Source: Candidatus Kapaibacterium sp. | GTDB lineage: Bacteria; Bacteroidota; Ignavibacteria; Kapaibacteriales; Kapaibacteriaceae | NCBI GenBank assembly: GCA_018883125.1 | Contig: VEQR01000003.1 | Coordinates: forward strand, 178 to 64,177 | Length of the DNA stretch: 64,000 nucleotides | Direction of reading: 5' to 3' | Shown: in pieces, positions 8,411-18,837 of the stretch | How the letters are laid out: each line of letters begins with the position of its first letter | Numbering within the stretch: the stretch's first letter is position 1 | Notes under the pieces: model-generated | What the model was told of the DNA's origin: nothing | Database searches by the model: none | What the model saw: only the letters and a program-made list of their open reading frames with translations | Translations under genes and position numbers: made by a program

Positions 8411-8911
8411 ATGGCCAACATCAAAGACAACATCGAATCGCAGCGTCTGAATTTCTGGGAGCGCATCTATCTTCCCGAGATTGCTAAGGGGCTTGGGTTA
8501 ACGTTGAAGCAGATGTTCAAGCCCTCGTTCACCCGTCAGTACCCCGAGGAGCGGTGGATTCCGGAAGGTTCATATCGTGGACGTCCGGTGCTGGTCCAGG
8601 AGGACGATGGGGAGCGTTGCGTTGCCTGTGGTCTATGCTCACGTGTTTGCCCGGCGCTAGCCATCGAAGTGCGTGCTGGCGAAACAACCGCCGAGAAAGA
8701 ACGCTATCCCGAGAAGTTCGAAATCAATATGCTCCGATGCATCTACTGCGGCTTCTGCGAAGAAGTATGCCCGGAAGAAGCGATCGTGATGAGCAAAGAC
8801 TACGAGCTCGTGTTTGGCTCGCAGGAAGAGGGCATCCTTGGTAAGGAAAAGCTCCTCGTCCCCGTTGCCCAGCTGCAGGAGCGGTTGGAGTTTTTACGTC
8901 AGTGGCGCTGA
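8411..8911 (+). CDS. nuoI: NADH-quinone oxidoreductase subunit I (2x 4Fe-4S ferredoxin)
   Basis: [12 protein letters not shown] and [16 protein letters not shown] are the two CxxCxxCxxxCP motifs. Size and context next to nuoH also fit. Confidence 0.9.
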   Translation: MANIKDNIESQRLNFWERIYLPEIAKGLGLTLKQMFKPSFTRQYPEERWIPEGSYRGRPVLVQEDDGERCVACGLCSRVCPALAIEVRAGETTAEKERYPEKFEINMLRCIYCGFCEEVCPEEAIVMSKDYELVFGSQEEGILGKEKLLVPVAQLQERLEFLRQWR

Positions 8912-9062
8912 CATCCCCATTTAATCGTTAGGGCTACACTCACACCTCAGTGAGAAGTTGCACGTAATTGATGTGCTCGATTTTGATCTGCCGACCTTTA
9001 CCCGCGGTTGAATACAGACACATCAATGTGTGCTTTCTGACTTCATCACGTGAGAGTGTGGT

Positions 9063-11570
9063 ATGGCAACGATCCGAGCTTTTACACCCATTGCATACTG
9101 TGCACTAATCCTGCGCTGCGCCCCCTTCCTTCTTGCGAGCGGTAATCTCCAAGACGAGGATCGTGCGTCAAAGATCTACGGAGATCCATCAAAGATCCGG
9201 GTCAGGAACCTCACCTCGATCAATACTGCAGGTCTGGACTATGCGCCCACTGTGAGTGCTGATGGCAGGACCCTGTTCTTTGTATCGAATCGTGAGGGCA
9301 GCATGACGACTGGCCGTAAGGGCGAGCCATCACACGATTTCTGGCGCGTTACGAAGCTCGATGATGAAGATACGTCGTTCACGAATCCGATTCCGCTCAC
9401 AGATATCAATACGCCATACAACGAGGGTGTCGCCTCGATCTCTGCAGATCGTCAAAAACTGTACTATGCTGTATGTGAGAGTAAAGGGGGCTTTGGTGAC
9501 TGCGATATCTGGGAGGCGCAGCTTTTAGGGGAGCGATTTATCAAGCCGAAGATGCTCGGCGCGGCAGTGAATTCGAAGTACTGGGACTCACAACCGTACA
9601 TCGCGCCGGATGGTTCTCGTCTGTATTTCGCCTCGAATAGACCCCGCTTTGACGGTGAGAGCCATGATCCCGATGACTACGATATTTGGTATTGTGATTG
9701 GGATGCAACGCGTAACGAATGGAAGCCAGCTCGAAATCTTGGTGATGGAATCAATACACCTCAGCAGGAAGTAGCCCCCTACATAGCACCGGACGGGAAG
9801 ACCCTCTTTTTTTCCTCGAATGGACATAAACCGTCAATCGGAGGGCTCGATTTCTATCACACGGTAAGGATCGAGGAGGTCGGATCCAATGGTAAGGACA
9901 GGTGGACGACTCCCGAGCTCGTACCTGAGCCAATCAATTCAAAAGATGATGATCAGTTTCTTTCGATGCCGGTATCAGGCGAGATGTTGTATTTCGCTTC
10001 GCGGCGAGGTAAAGGTGGTGGTACAAAGGGCACCAATGGCAACACTCCGGGTAACTTCGATATCTATGTAGCACGCGTTCCCAAGATTGTTGGCGCAGTG
10101 AACGTCGTGGTTCGTGTGCAAGATGCCTGCACAGAGGGAGTTGTACCCTCGAAGGTCACTATCACGAACCAGTTGACACGGCGCACTGTGGAGGCAAACG
10201 TCGACAACAATCGTGAGGAGATCAATGTTGTTTTGAGCGATAAGGACTTCACCTATAAAGGCGTAACGGTGGACACCGTTCCTCTTGCGATCGATATCAC
10301 ATCGCCCACATTTGGCAAGCGCCATCGCGAGATCAAGTTGCCGATTACTCAATTGTACTCGACAGACGATATCAGCGAGACGATTTCGATTGATCAACGC
10401 AAGCGTCTCTACGCGGATATGCAGAGTCGGGATGGACGCACCCAATTGGCATTTAACTACAATGAAGAGGTCATACATCAGAAGGTGCTTCCGGTTGTGT
10501 TCTTTGATCGGAACTCGGCAGAGATTCCCAAGCGCTACCGTCGAATACGAGCGGACCAGCGGCAGAGTTTTCGCGAGAGCTTCCCACCCCGCAGTTCGCT
10601 GACCGACTATTATCACGTGCTCAATATCGTCGGCTCACGGATGCAGGCACTTCCGTCGTTGAAACTCACGATCACTGGTTATCGAGATGAAGGAACCGAG
10701 TGCGACGCATCAGTTTCGCTTCGACGGGCAGAGAGCGTGCGATCGTATTTGCACGACGTTTGGGATGTTGATCAGGATAGGATTTCAGTTCTTGGCCGTG
10801 GTTGGCCAAAGAATCGCTCCAACAGCAATGATTCACTGGGTGCAGAGGAGAACCGTCGGTGTGAACTCCTGGTTGACGGGCCTGAATCAGACCGTGATGC
10901 ATTTGAACGGCCGGTTACCAGTGCATGGTCCGACGCATCGTCAATGATTCCTTCGGTTCGATTTCTCACTGGGCGCAACGGAGAGATGGATGATACCGAA
11001 CGTCGGATAGAGATAAAGCTGGGAGAGAAAGTCATTCGACTTCTAGATGTAGACCCTTCGGCACAGTTCGTAACATGGGATGTTTCACAGGATGCAAATG
11101 CGATCATGTCTGCTCCCGCATCGGCGCTGCGAGTGAGCCTGATACGTGTCCGCACCGATGGTCGCGAGTGTCCGTGCGACACGATGTCAATTCCGGTTGA
11201 AGCAGATCAGATACTCAAGAGAGGTAAGCAGCATACAACACCCAATGTGTTTCGAGTTCATTCATTCGAAGCCGGAACATTCGAGGTCGATCCGTCAAAT
11301 CAGCGCTATTTGTCTGTACACATCGTGCCGCAACTCAAGCGACAACGCGATCTGCAGATCACGGGACACACTGACGTCGTAGGCATGTATGACCACAACC
11401 AAGCAGTATCCGAACGCCAGGCTCAGAGCGTGGCGGGCATCTTGCAGGAGTCCGGTGTGAGAATTAGTGACGAAGACGTAAGCGGTACAGGCGAGGATCG
11501 GCCTCGCTACTCGAACCGATTTCCGGAGGGACGATTCTATAATCGTGCTGTAGAAATTCATACCAAGTGA
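9063..11570 (+). CDS. Large envelope protein with TolB-like (PD40) beta-propeller repeats and two OmpA-like C-terminal domains
   Basis: It has a signal peptide. PD40-like repeats read YAPTVSADGRTLFFVSNR, SQPYIAPDGSRLYFASNRP and VAPYIAPDGKTLFFSSNG. OmpA-like segments read LTITGYRDE...SLRRAESVRSYL...ENRRCELL and ITGHTDVVGMYDHNQAVSERQAQSVAGIL...NRAVEIH. Confidence 0.75.
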   Translation: MATIRAFTPIAYCALILRCAPFLLASGNLQDEDRASKIYGDPSKIRVRNLTSINTAGLDYAPTVSADGRTLFFVSNREGSMTTGRKGEPSHDFWRVTKLDDEDTSFTNPIPLTDINTPYNEGVASISADRQKLYYAVCESKGGFGDCDIWEAQLLGERFIKPKMLGAAVNSKYWDSQPYIAPDGSRLYFASNRPRFDGESHDPDDYDIWYCDWDATRNEWKPARNLGDGINTPQQEVAPYIAPDGKTLFFSSNGHKPSIGGLDFYHTVRIEEVGSNGKDRWTTPELVPEPINSKDDDQFLSMPVSGEMLYFASRRGKGGGTKGTNGNTPGNFDIYVARVPKIVGAVNVVVRVQDACTEGVVPSKVTITNQLTRRTVEANVDNNREEINVVLSDKDFTYKGVTVDTVPLAIDITSPTFGKRHREIKLPITQLYSTDDISETISIDQRKRLYADMQSRDGRTQLAFNYNEEVIHQKVLPVVFFDRNSAEIPKRYRRIRADQRQSFRESFPPRSSLTDYYHVLNIVGSRMQALPSLKLTITGYRDEGTECDASVSLRRAESVRSYLHDVWDVDQDRISVLGRGWPKNRSNSNDSLGAEENRRCELLVDGPESDRDAFERPVTSAWSDASSMIPSVRFLTGRNGEMDDTERRIEIKLGEKVIRLLDVDPSAQFVTWDVSQDANAIMSAPASALRVSLIRVRTDGRECPCDTMSIPVEADQILKRGKQHTTPNVFRVHSFEAGTFEVDPSNQRYLSVHIVPQLKRQRDLQITGHTDVVGMYDHNQAVSERQAQSVAGILQESGVRISDEDVSGTGEDRPRYSNRFPEGRFYNRAVEIHTK

Positions 11571-11577
11571 GATCATC

Positions 11578-12684
11578 ATGAAATCGACAGTCATCTTTGG
11601 AATCAATGTTGCGGTAATGATAACGTTAGGAGTTCTTCCGGCGTTTACATCGGCACGCACGTCCATGATTCGTGGGCTCACAGCTAGTTCGCACTCCTTC
11701 TCGGTGCGTGATACGACAGACATCATGAATGACTATGATCCCGAAACCGAACGAACGGGGAATGACGTCCGTTACCAGGATCAATATCGTGGTCGCTCCA
11801 AATGGTCTTCACAGCAGTTCTCCACCTACGTTGATTCCGTCGGCCTTGAGAACCGTACCGGTCAGAGTGCTGCGGTTGCCCACATCATTTCAAGTATGCG
11901 TCAGGGCGATATGCAGGAGGCTCGAATGCGCCTGCAGAAGCTCATGGCTACGCCAGGATATATGCTTGATCCGGATGTGGCGCAGATGCTTACGGCTCTC
12001 GATGTTCTTCTTCAGCGCGACGCTAAAAATGGGAAGGCGCCGTTTATGGCAAACCGTCTTCCCCAGCGCGTTGATACGGTTTATCGAATCGATACGGTCT
12101 TGCGCGAGATTACACGCGTCGACACCGTCCGTTTGCCATCCCCGGACGTCGATCAGCCAATGACAACGTCCTCGTCCGAGCCAGACACCGTCTATGTTGA
12201 CGTAGTAAAGTATGATACGATCTACATCGATCGACAGGATACGACAGATCCGATGAAGGACCTTGCAGGAAGTGCCATTCCGGAACCTCCCGTGCAACCA
12301 ATGCAATCAAACGAAGGCATGTCGCCTGACGACGCTGCACTTGCCGGTAAGTTAGACATACTCACTGATGAAGTGCTGCGCTTGCGAAAGGAACTCCGTA
12401 AGCGCAACAGCACCCTCGACGATTCGGTTGTTACACGTCGTTGTTACACCATCCGTATCGCTTCGTTTGCAACACGCGATTCGGCCGAGCAGACTGTTCA
12501 GCGATTGAAAAAGACCTATAAACGCACTCGTTTAGCCATTGCTAATGGGGCTGAAAAGCCATTCTCCGTGATCGTCGGATACTATCAGACAATACGCGCG
12601 GCAACAGAAGATGCCGTAATGGTATCCAAGACCACAGGAAAGCCGTGCCAGCCAGTTATGACAACAATTGCCGAGCAACTGTAA
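11578..12684 (+). CDS. Hypothetical membrane-anchored protein with a possible C-terminal SPOR-like domain
   Basis: It has an N-terminal hydrophobic segment. The C-terminus YTIRIASFATRDSAEQTVQRLKKTY...FSVIVGYYQTIRAATE resembles a SPOR fold pattern. This is a weak call. Confidence 0.35.
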   Translation: MKSTVIFGINVAVMITLGVLPAFTSARTSMIRGLTASSHSFSVRDTTDIMNDYDPETERTGNDVRYQDQYRGRSKWSSQQFSTYVDSVGLENRTGQSAAVAHIISSMRQGDMQEARMRLQKLMATPGYMLDPDVAQMLTALDVLLQRDAKNGKAPFMANRLPQRVDTVYRIDTVLREITRVDTVRLPSPDVDQPMTTSSSEPDTVYVDVVKYDTIYIDRQDTTDPMKDLAGSAIPEPPVQPMQSNEGMSPDDAALAGKLDILTDEVLRLRKELRKRNSTLDDSVVTRRCYTIRIASFATRDSAEQTVQRLKKTYKRTRLAIANGAEKPFSVIVGYYQTIRAATEDAVMVSKTTGKPCQPVMTTIAEQL

Positions 12685-12829
12685 CTCCGTACCTCCGTCC
12701 CTCCGTCCCTCCGTACCTCCGTACCTCGGTCCCTCCGTACCTCGGTCCCTCCGTCCCTCCGTCCCTCCGTCCCTCCGTCCCTCCGTCCCTCCGTCCCTCC
12801 GTCCCTCCGTACCTCGGTCCCTCCGTACC
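12685..12829. repeat. 8-mer tandem array CTCCGT(C/A)C / CTCGGTCC, 18 units
   Basis: Direct reading shows it occupies the whole spacer between the TAA stop at 12682-12684 (+ gene) and the stop at 12830-12832 (- gene). Confidence 0.97.
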
Positions 12830-13444
12830 TCACAGCAGCTTCCTTAGCCCCGTTCTGCTATTAACCTGAAGCTTCTTGTACACATTGCGGATGTGTGTTT
12901 TTACGGTTTCTGGAGCGATGAACATTTCGTCGCTGATCTCCTTGTAGGACTTACCGAGTGCGAAGGCACGCATGATGTCCTCTTCACGGGGGGAGAGGTC
13001 GCTGAGATCAGTTTTGGGTCGGACCTTGTTACGAAAGGATTCGAGCGCTTTGCGAGCTACGGCGCTAGACATTGGAGAGCCCCCTCGCAAAAGATCCTCG
13101 ACGGCTGGCATGAGTTCAATGTGCAGCCGATCCTTCGTGATGTAGCCATTGGCACCGGAAACAATAGCTTCAAAGATCTTGGCGTTGTCCTCAAACGAGG
13201 ACACGACGAGGAACTCGGTGGACAGATTACGGCGTCTGCATTCTCGAAGTACAGAGAGTCCGGTTATATCTGGCAAAACGATATCAAGGAGCACGATGTC
13301 TGGCCGTATCTCGCGGATCTGTATAATGGCCTGACGACCGGATTCGGTCGTTCCTACGACGGACAGATTCTCGTTGCTTGAAACAAGTGACTTTATCTCT
13401 TCTGCAAAGATTGGATCGTCTTCGACGATAAGAATCGTTTTCAT
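12830..13444 (-). CDS. Two-component response regulator, NarL/LuxR family
   Basis: The receiver domain reads MKTILIVEDDP...DIVLLDIVLPDITG. The LuxR HTH reads LSPREEDIMRAFALGKSYKEISDEMFIAPETVKTHIRNVYKKLQV. The ATG is at 13444; the track ORF is longer. Confidence 0.88.
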   Translation of the reverse strand: MKTILIVEDDPIFAEEIKSLVSSNENLSVVGTTESGRQAIIQIREIRPDIVLLDIVLPDITGLSVLRECRRRNLSTEFLVVSSFEDNAKIFEAIVSGANGYITKDRLHIELMPAVEDLLRGGSPMSSAVARKALESFRNKVRPKTDLSDLSPREEDIMRAFALGKSYKEISDEMFIAPETVKTHIRNVYKKLQVNSRTGLRKLL

Positions 13445-13448
13445 CGAG

Positions 13449-16346
13449 TTAGCCCCTTTCCGTTGGGAAGCTGATGGTATAGCGCGTGCCGTTTTCGGCA
13501 GATGACTCAATAGTGACTGTAGCAGAGATTCGTGAGGCACGCCGTTGGATGTTGTTGAGACCATTACCGCGCCTGGCGCCTGGATCCATGCCAATTCCGT
13601 CATCGGACCACGTAAGTGTTGTCTGTGAGCCCCTTGCATCAACCGTGAAGATGATAGACTGGGCCTGGGAGTGCCGAAGGGTATTGGTCAGAAGCTCTGA
13701 GACGATCATCAGGAGTTCGTGCCGTGCTGCACCATCCATTGTGGTCCGATCAAATGAGTCAATTTGGATATCGACATTGCAGGGCAGTCCGGAATCGCCC
13801 GTTGATTCCATCACATACTCGCGCAGCGATCCGTAGAAGCCCGCATCGGTCATCGACGTCTCGGACATCAGTGAAAGCAGATTGCGCAGTGAACGAACCG
13901 TTACAAGCGTCATATCATGTATTCGTGAGAGTGCCTCTTGATGACGCTCGGGCGGCGCTTGACGGGCCAGTGATGCAATGCGAACAAGTCGGCTGCCGAT
14001 CATGTCGTGCATGTCTTCACGCAGAAGTTCTAGCTGTTCAGCTTTGGCGTGTTCTATGGCAATGGCCTGGCGTCGTCGTCGGGCACGTAGAGATGACACA
14101 CCTGCGGTTATTGCCATGAGGCCGGCGATCGTCAATAGGAAGGGGGCAAACCATGGCCGGTTTGTGATAGGATCGCGAACAGGTATTGTGATTGTTGAAT
14201 CAAGAATGGGCGTCCTTACATGCAGCGTTGTCTCTGAGGAAGTTGGTGTAATTGTGGCAGTCCAGAAGTTTCGTCCATCGATGGTGGGTTGGCTCGAAAC
14301 ATCGGCCTTTTCAACGTCTACGTAGAATGGGAACGATGACGTAATCATGTTACTCAAGAATCCGACGCTATAGCTGTGACGCGCAAGAATCGGTTCCACC
14401 GGCGACGTGTCTGCAAGTATCGTCGTTTCGTTTGCACCCGTGCGATGATCAGTAATGAAACATGTGGGATAGAATCGAAACGGTTGCTGACGCAGATTGA
14501 ATCGTACCAGCGTATTACCGTCACAGTAGTATCCAAACATTTTACCGAGATAGTCACGAATGATTCCTATCGAATTCGCCGATTCAACGCCAATCGGTAT
14601 TGGAAGTGCGAACTGGGGGTATACGAGGCCGGAGGCTGTGTCAATGATGTCAATGTTGTCATATTGCTTGACGGCAATGAAGGGGGCAACACACGGCACG
14701 GCTAGCAATTCAAGTTCTTGGCTACGTGAGCTGGTGTATGAACGGAGCAAACCCTCCATCCGAAACGTTACATTCACGGTGTCCGTGCCACGTTGCTCCC
14801 AGTCAAACATCTCAACGTAGTCAGCGAGCGTTATCATCTTCTGTCCAATCCGCGCTGCTGACGAAGCGAAGGTTAAATGACGTGATTTGATGGTACCAAC
14901 AATGGTGTCAACGGAGATGCAGATGACTGCGGCCGAAGCCTTGCCCCGGACGAGAAACAAATTCTGTGATAGCCCCTTAATGCCAACGAAGAGTTTCAAT
15001 TTATGTGTGAAGCTACCCGGTGTACTGACGTCGGCAAGACGGAGGGCATGCCGAACATTCAGACTTGAGCGTTGAAGCAAAGCGATGTGATTTTCCGTCA
15101 AGACCAGTAGGTGTGAAGGGCCGACAGGCGCAACGTCGAGGATGTCACCAAATGTTCCGCGTGGAAGTGGGGGAATGCGCCGCAGTACATGACCGCTTGA
15201 GTATAGTATCATTGAATCGCTCGTGATACACACCAACGTATCGCCACCGATGGGAACCACGCGATGTATTGGAGCAGTCGAGCGAAACATGGTGTCGATG
15301 TCCGGCAAAGGCGCGGTTGAGGTCGATACGATATGACTCTCGGCGGACTGAGATGATGTCAGTACGAAATCATCACCACGAAGGGTAAAGAGGCCGAATC
15401 TGGTAGCTATTGCGAGTTCGCCCTTGTCTGTCTTTCCTAATGAATCCATCGTTGGAATTGTACCCACTGTGGCACGAAACCGGCGGATGACGGGCTTGGG
15501 AATGGGGCCAAGCAGGGGATTGCGTGCGAACCAGAGATTCCGCCACGTTCCTGAGGAACTGCTAATGATCGAATGATACAGATCTATGTATCTCTGAGCT
15601 TGATCACCATAGGCCGTTGTAATATCCTGTTTCCATGTTGGAAATTCGAAAATGCTCTTGATAAGCTGCACATCCGTGACCGTGTCCACCATTTGCCAAG
15701 CATTGAACCGTCTGTACTGCTCGTGGAGCCGACCATACTGCTTCAATGACCTCACTGCCTGCTCCCGTTGTCCAAGCCTTGAATGAATCTTGTAGAGTAG
15801 GCGCTGCATCCACATGCTGCCCCCGCTACTCCCTTGTTGCAGGAATAACGAGTCAGCCATCAACACGTTTCGTTCGGCTAGCCGAAGCAGACCCAAGCGT
15901 TCATACTCCATGCCAAGGTTTGCTACGGCTTCGGCATTTGACATCGATGTCGTTACGGCGATCCGTGCGTATAAAGATCGGGCCGCGTTATAGTTACCCC
16001 AATACCGCAAGTCATGCGCAACGTTCAAATCGCACTGATTCAGGATACCTAGGTTACCACGCAAAACGTTGAGAAAGGTCCCCATGTCGTATCTCGTATG
16101 CGAAGCCGTCTCGGCTATCTTGCAAACCAACCCGTTGTAGATCGAATCGCACTCGTTACTGCGAGCATCAATTACTCGAGGCCGCAGCGACGCAAGTGAT
16201 CGCCATAGTGATGTGTCGCGATATCCGCCCGCGGCCAGCGAATCTCCGACCTCTGTTATTCGGCTTTTCAGAGCATAGTTGTCGCATCCGACTACAATAC
16301 CGATGACGGATAGCAAGGCTAGAATGCGGGGCCATTTCATAATCAT
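13449..16346 (-). CDS. Sensor histidine kinase (HisKA_3 + HATPase_c) with an N-terminal sensor region of about 700 aa
   Basis: The H-box is LREDMHDMIGSRLV. The ATPase motifs are SELLTNTLRHS and DDGIGMD...GNGLNNIQRRA. There is one TM segment before the kinase core. The start is ambiguous between ATGs at 16346 and 16340; the track uses a TTG at 16352. Confidence 0.8.
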   Translation of the reverse strand: MIMKWPRILALLSVIGIVVGCDNYALKSRITEVGDSLAAGGYRDTSLWRSLASLRPRVIDARSNECDSIYNGLVCKIAETASHTRYDMGTFLNVLRGNLGILNQCDLNVAHDLRYWGNYNAARSLYARIAVTTSMSNAEAVANLGMEYERLGLLRLAERNVLMADSLFLQQGSSGGSMWMQRLLYKIHSRLGQREQAVRSLKQYGRLHEQYRRFNAWQMVDTVTDVQLIKSIFEFPTWKQDITTAYGDQAQRYIDLYHSIISSSSGTWRNLWFARNPLLGPIPKPVIRRFRATVGTIPTMDSLGKTDKGELAIATRFGLFTLRGDDFVLTSSQSAESHIVSTSTAPLPDIDTMFRSTAPIHRVVPIGGDTLVCITSDSMILYSSGHVLRRIPPLPRGTFGDILDVAPVGPSHLLVLTENHIALLQRSSLNVRHALRLADVSTPGSFTHKLKLFVGIKGLSQNLFLVRGKASAAVICISVDTIVGTIKSRHLTFASSAARIGQKMITLADYVEMFDWEQRGTDTVNVTFRMEGLLRSYTSSRSQELELLAVPCVAPFIAVKQYDNIDIIDTASGLVYPQFALPIPIGVESANSIGIIRDYLGKMFGYYCDGNTLVRFNLRQQPFRFYPTCFITDHRTGANETTILADTSPVEPILARHSYSVGFLSNMITSSFPFYVDVEKADVSSQPTIDGRNFWTATITPTSSETTLHVRTPILDSTITIPVRDPITNRPWFAPFLLTIAGLMAITAGVSSLRARRRRQAIAIEHAKAEQLELLREDMHDMIGSRLVRIASLARQAPPERHQEALSRIHDMTLVTVRSLRNLLSLMSETSMTDAGFYGSLREYVMESTGDSGLPCNVDIQIDSFDRTTMDGAARHELLMIVSELLTNTLRHSQAQSIIFTVDARGSQTTLTWSDDGIGMDPGARRGNGLNNIQRRASRISATVTIESSAENGTRYTISFPTERG

Positions 16347-16493
16347 GAGCAAAGATGTTGGATACCACTACGACAAAGACGGGCATAAATGGGGTAGGGA
16401 AGCTACCCCATTTTTCAACAAGTGACGGGAAAAACATCAGGGATAAGCTTGCACACAACAAATCATACACGAATAATCGTCGGGGCATGACTC

Positions 16494-18194
16494 ATGAGGT
16501 CGACTGTAATGTTGAGTTTAATCGTTGGCATAATGACGGCTACTGGAGCAATTGCTCAATTGCCGACGTACGTGCCTCAGAATGGTTTAGTGGCATATCA
16601 TGACTTCAATGGTTCATTTGCAGACAAAAGCAGTACGAAAAATCGTTTTATCAACTATGGTGTAGAGCTAGAGAAAGGCACATTTAATGGCAAGGAGATT
16701 ATGTCTGCCCGTTTCAATGGTGCACCGTTGGCTGCGAAGTACCTCGAAGCAGAAACTCCATCGATCTTTCGATCAAATACCTATTCCTACCTCGTCCGAT
16801 TCAAAGTCAACGAGTATCGACCTTTGAATAATGGTGGTGTCAACTTCTACTACCAGGCTCTTTTGGCGTTTTGTCCGCCGAGTTGGAAGTGGGGAGCAGC
16901 ATACTCCCTTGGGCTGAACCAGCTTGACAACAGCGCTCTGAATGCAAGTCACTGGACACCATCAAAGGCTTACTATGCGAACACGCAGTACAAATCTGTT
17001 TGGCTTGATAAATGGTACACTGCGGTTGTCACGTATGATGCCACGACTCTGAGAATCTACTTCGAAGGAAGATTAGTAAAGGAACAACCAGCCAGCCTTG
17101 ATTACTCAAATCAGGTTGCCTTCATCATTGGTGGTGCAAAGGATGGCCCTGACGGCAAAGTGATGGGTGGTTTCAGTGGTAATATTGATGACTTTGCCTT
17201 CTGGAACCGTGCGTTGCGGGATGATGAGGTGGAAAGATTGACGCGAGGTCAAATGGGGTCGACCTACGAATGCAAGGAGCTTAAGACTGTTGAATCGTTC
17301 GAACTGGACGCTACAACCGAGTCGACAAGGCTGGTTTCCCTCAAGGCGAATACTGTCTACAAGATTACGGGTTCTGGGTCATGGACTCCCAATGGTGGGT
17401 ATTCGAAAGTTGACTGTGAATGGGAGTATCTTGATTCGTGCTTCGTTCGAAATCCCGGTGGTGGTCTGCAGATGGGGTTCGATCTATCAAAGATTGAACA
17501 GTCACTTGAGACGCTACAACCAGTTGAGACGACGATCAATTGTGTTGATCATACATACACCTACTACGTGGTTGGCACAGGTAAGCCGCTGTATGTGATC
17601 TTTCGAGATCAGCCGAGTAGTGACAATCGCGGCTCGTTGAAGATTCATATCCAGGAATGCCGTACATGCGGTGTTGCACAGCCCTCCGACTCCATCCTCG
17701 GCTACCGCAAGGTTGAAACACACCAAGTGGTGACATATGCTTTGCGCAATAATCCTGCGATGTCCTATAAGTGGTTAGCGACAGGGGGCTATGTGCTTGG
17801 TTCGACAACGAATCACTATTGTGATGTGATATGGGGCTACGATAAGTCAGGAAGTGTTTGCTGTATCGTCAGCGACAGTACGTGCACGGACACCATCTGC
17901 GTAACGACGACGATCTCGGAGAAGAACACCGTCGATGTTTCGGACGATGGAACGGAAGTACGGCTTGTTGTTCGTCCAAATCCTGCATCGGATGTGATTG
18001 AGATCGAGTCGTCGAAGTCGACCAGCGGCTCGATATACGAGCTCATTGACGTAACGGGACGGTTCATTCTCTCCGCAGAAGGTCATTCAGCGCGAATGAG
18101 CCTTGTTGGCATTGCCGATGGGGTCTACCACGTGGTGCACCGCAACCTGACCGGTCAGGTTGTAGGCATCGAGCGGGTGGTGGTGAGACGATAG
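16494..18194 (+). CDS. Secreted LamG/concanavalin-A-like lectin domain protein with a T9SS C-terminal sorting domain
   Basis: It has a signal peptide. The LamG_3-type motif is GNIDDFAFWNRALRDDEVERL. The C-terminus VRPNPASDVIEIES...YELIDVTGR...GVYHV is typical of the T9SS CTD (TIGR04183-like). Confidence 0.65.
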   Translation: MRSTVMLSLIVGIMTATGAIAQLPTYVPQNGLVAYHDFNGSFADKSSTKNRFINYGVELEKGTFNGKEIMSARFNGAPLAAKYLEAETPSIFRSNTYSYLVRFKVNEYRPLNNGGVNFYYQALLAFCPPSWKWGAAYSLGLNQLDNSALNASHWTPSKAYYANTQYKSVWLDKWYTAVVTYDATTLRIYFEGRLVKEQPASLDYSNQVAFIIGGAKDGPDGKVMGGFSGNIDDFAFWNRALRDDEVERLTRGQMGSTYECKELKTVESFELDATTESTRLVSLKANTVYKITGSGSWTPNGGYSKVDCEWEYLDSCFVRNPGGGLQMGFDLSKIEQSLETLQPVETTINCVDHTYTYYVVGTGKPLYVIFRDQPSSDNRGSLKIHIQECRTCGVAQPSDSILGYRKVETHQVVTYALRNNPAMSYKWLATGGYVLGSTTNHYCDVIWGYDKSGSVCCIVSDSTCTDTICVTTTISEKNTVDVSDDGTEVRLVVRPNPASDVIEIESSKSTSGSIYELIDVTGRFILSAEGHSARMSLVGIADGVYHVVHRNLTGQVVGIERVVVRR

Positions 18195-18196
18195 AG

Positions 18197-18256
18197 TACC
18201 TGAATTACTGAATTACTGAATTACTGAGTTACTGAATTACTGAGTTACTGAATTAC
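18197..18256. repeat. 8-mer tandem array TTACTGA(A/G), about 7.5 units
   Basis: Direct reading shows it starts 2 nt after the TAG stop at 18192-18194. Confidence 0.95.
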
Positions 18257-18381
18257 ATAGCTATTGAGGTGTTGAGGACGGGGTGATGGGAGATATCGAG
18301 ATGCACGTCTCGCTTCTTGTCACTCCGTCTTCACTTATACATTGGCTGAGGAGGGCCCAAAGCGCCAACATTCAATCGCAT

Positions 18382-18600
18382 TCATTCGGCGTTGTCATCC
18401 AGCAGGTCCCGTACCTTTCGGTTGAAAATGATAGAAATGCGCACGAGCACATCCAGGGTAGGGTTTTCTTTCCCCAGTTCCAGACGTGAGATGTAGTCGG
18501 AACTGAGCTTCACCTCGGCGGCCAGCATCTCCTGTGTCCATTTCATGCTCTGCCGGTGGCGCCGAACATTCCGACCTATTACTCTGCTTTCCTCACGCAT
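18382..18600 (-). CDS. XRE-family helix-turn-helix transcriptional regulator (72 aa)
   Basis: IGRNVRRHRQSMKWTQEMLAAEVKLSSDYISRLELGKENPTLDVLVRISIIF is a canonical HTH_3 domain. Confidence 0.8.
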   Translation of the reverse strand: MREESRVIGRNVRRHRQSMKWTQEMLAAEVKLSSDYISRLELGKENPTLDVLVRISIIFNRKVRDLLDDNAE

Positions 18601-18710
18601 AGCCCCATGCTACCGAGAATTGAAAGTCAGTCATTAGACCCAAAGAGCGAAAAATGTTGTGGTATTTTCGCGATTCACACACCCAACTCAAGCATCCACA
18701 TATTTGTAGC

Positions 18711-18837
18711 CGTCATCAGTCATCAGTCATCAGTCATCAGTCATCAGTCATCAGTCATCAGTCATCAGTCATCAGTCATCAGTCATCAGTCATCAGTCAT
18801 CAGTCATCAGTCATCAGTCATCAGTCATCAGTCATCC
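18711..18837. repeat. Heptamer tandem array GTCATCA: 17 perfect copies plus 1 variant
   Basis: Direct reading shows it ends 28 nt upstream of the ATG at 18866. Confidence 0.98.

Noticed and set aside
18261-18710. The stand-alone 72-aa XRE regulator as the antitoxin of a toxin-antitoxin or abortive-infection module.
   Set aside because: No partner ORF of plausible size is adjacent on either side. The flanks are repeat arrays and short non-coding DNA. It is treated as an orphan regulator.
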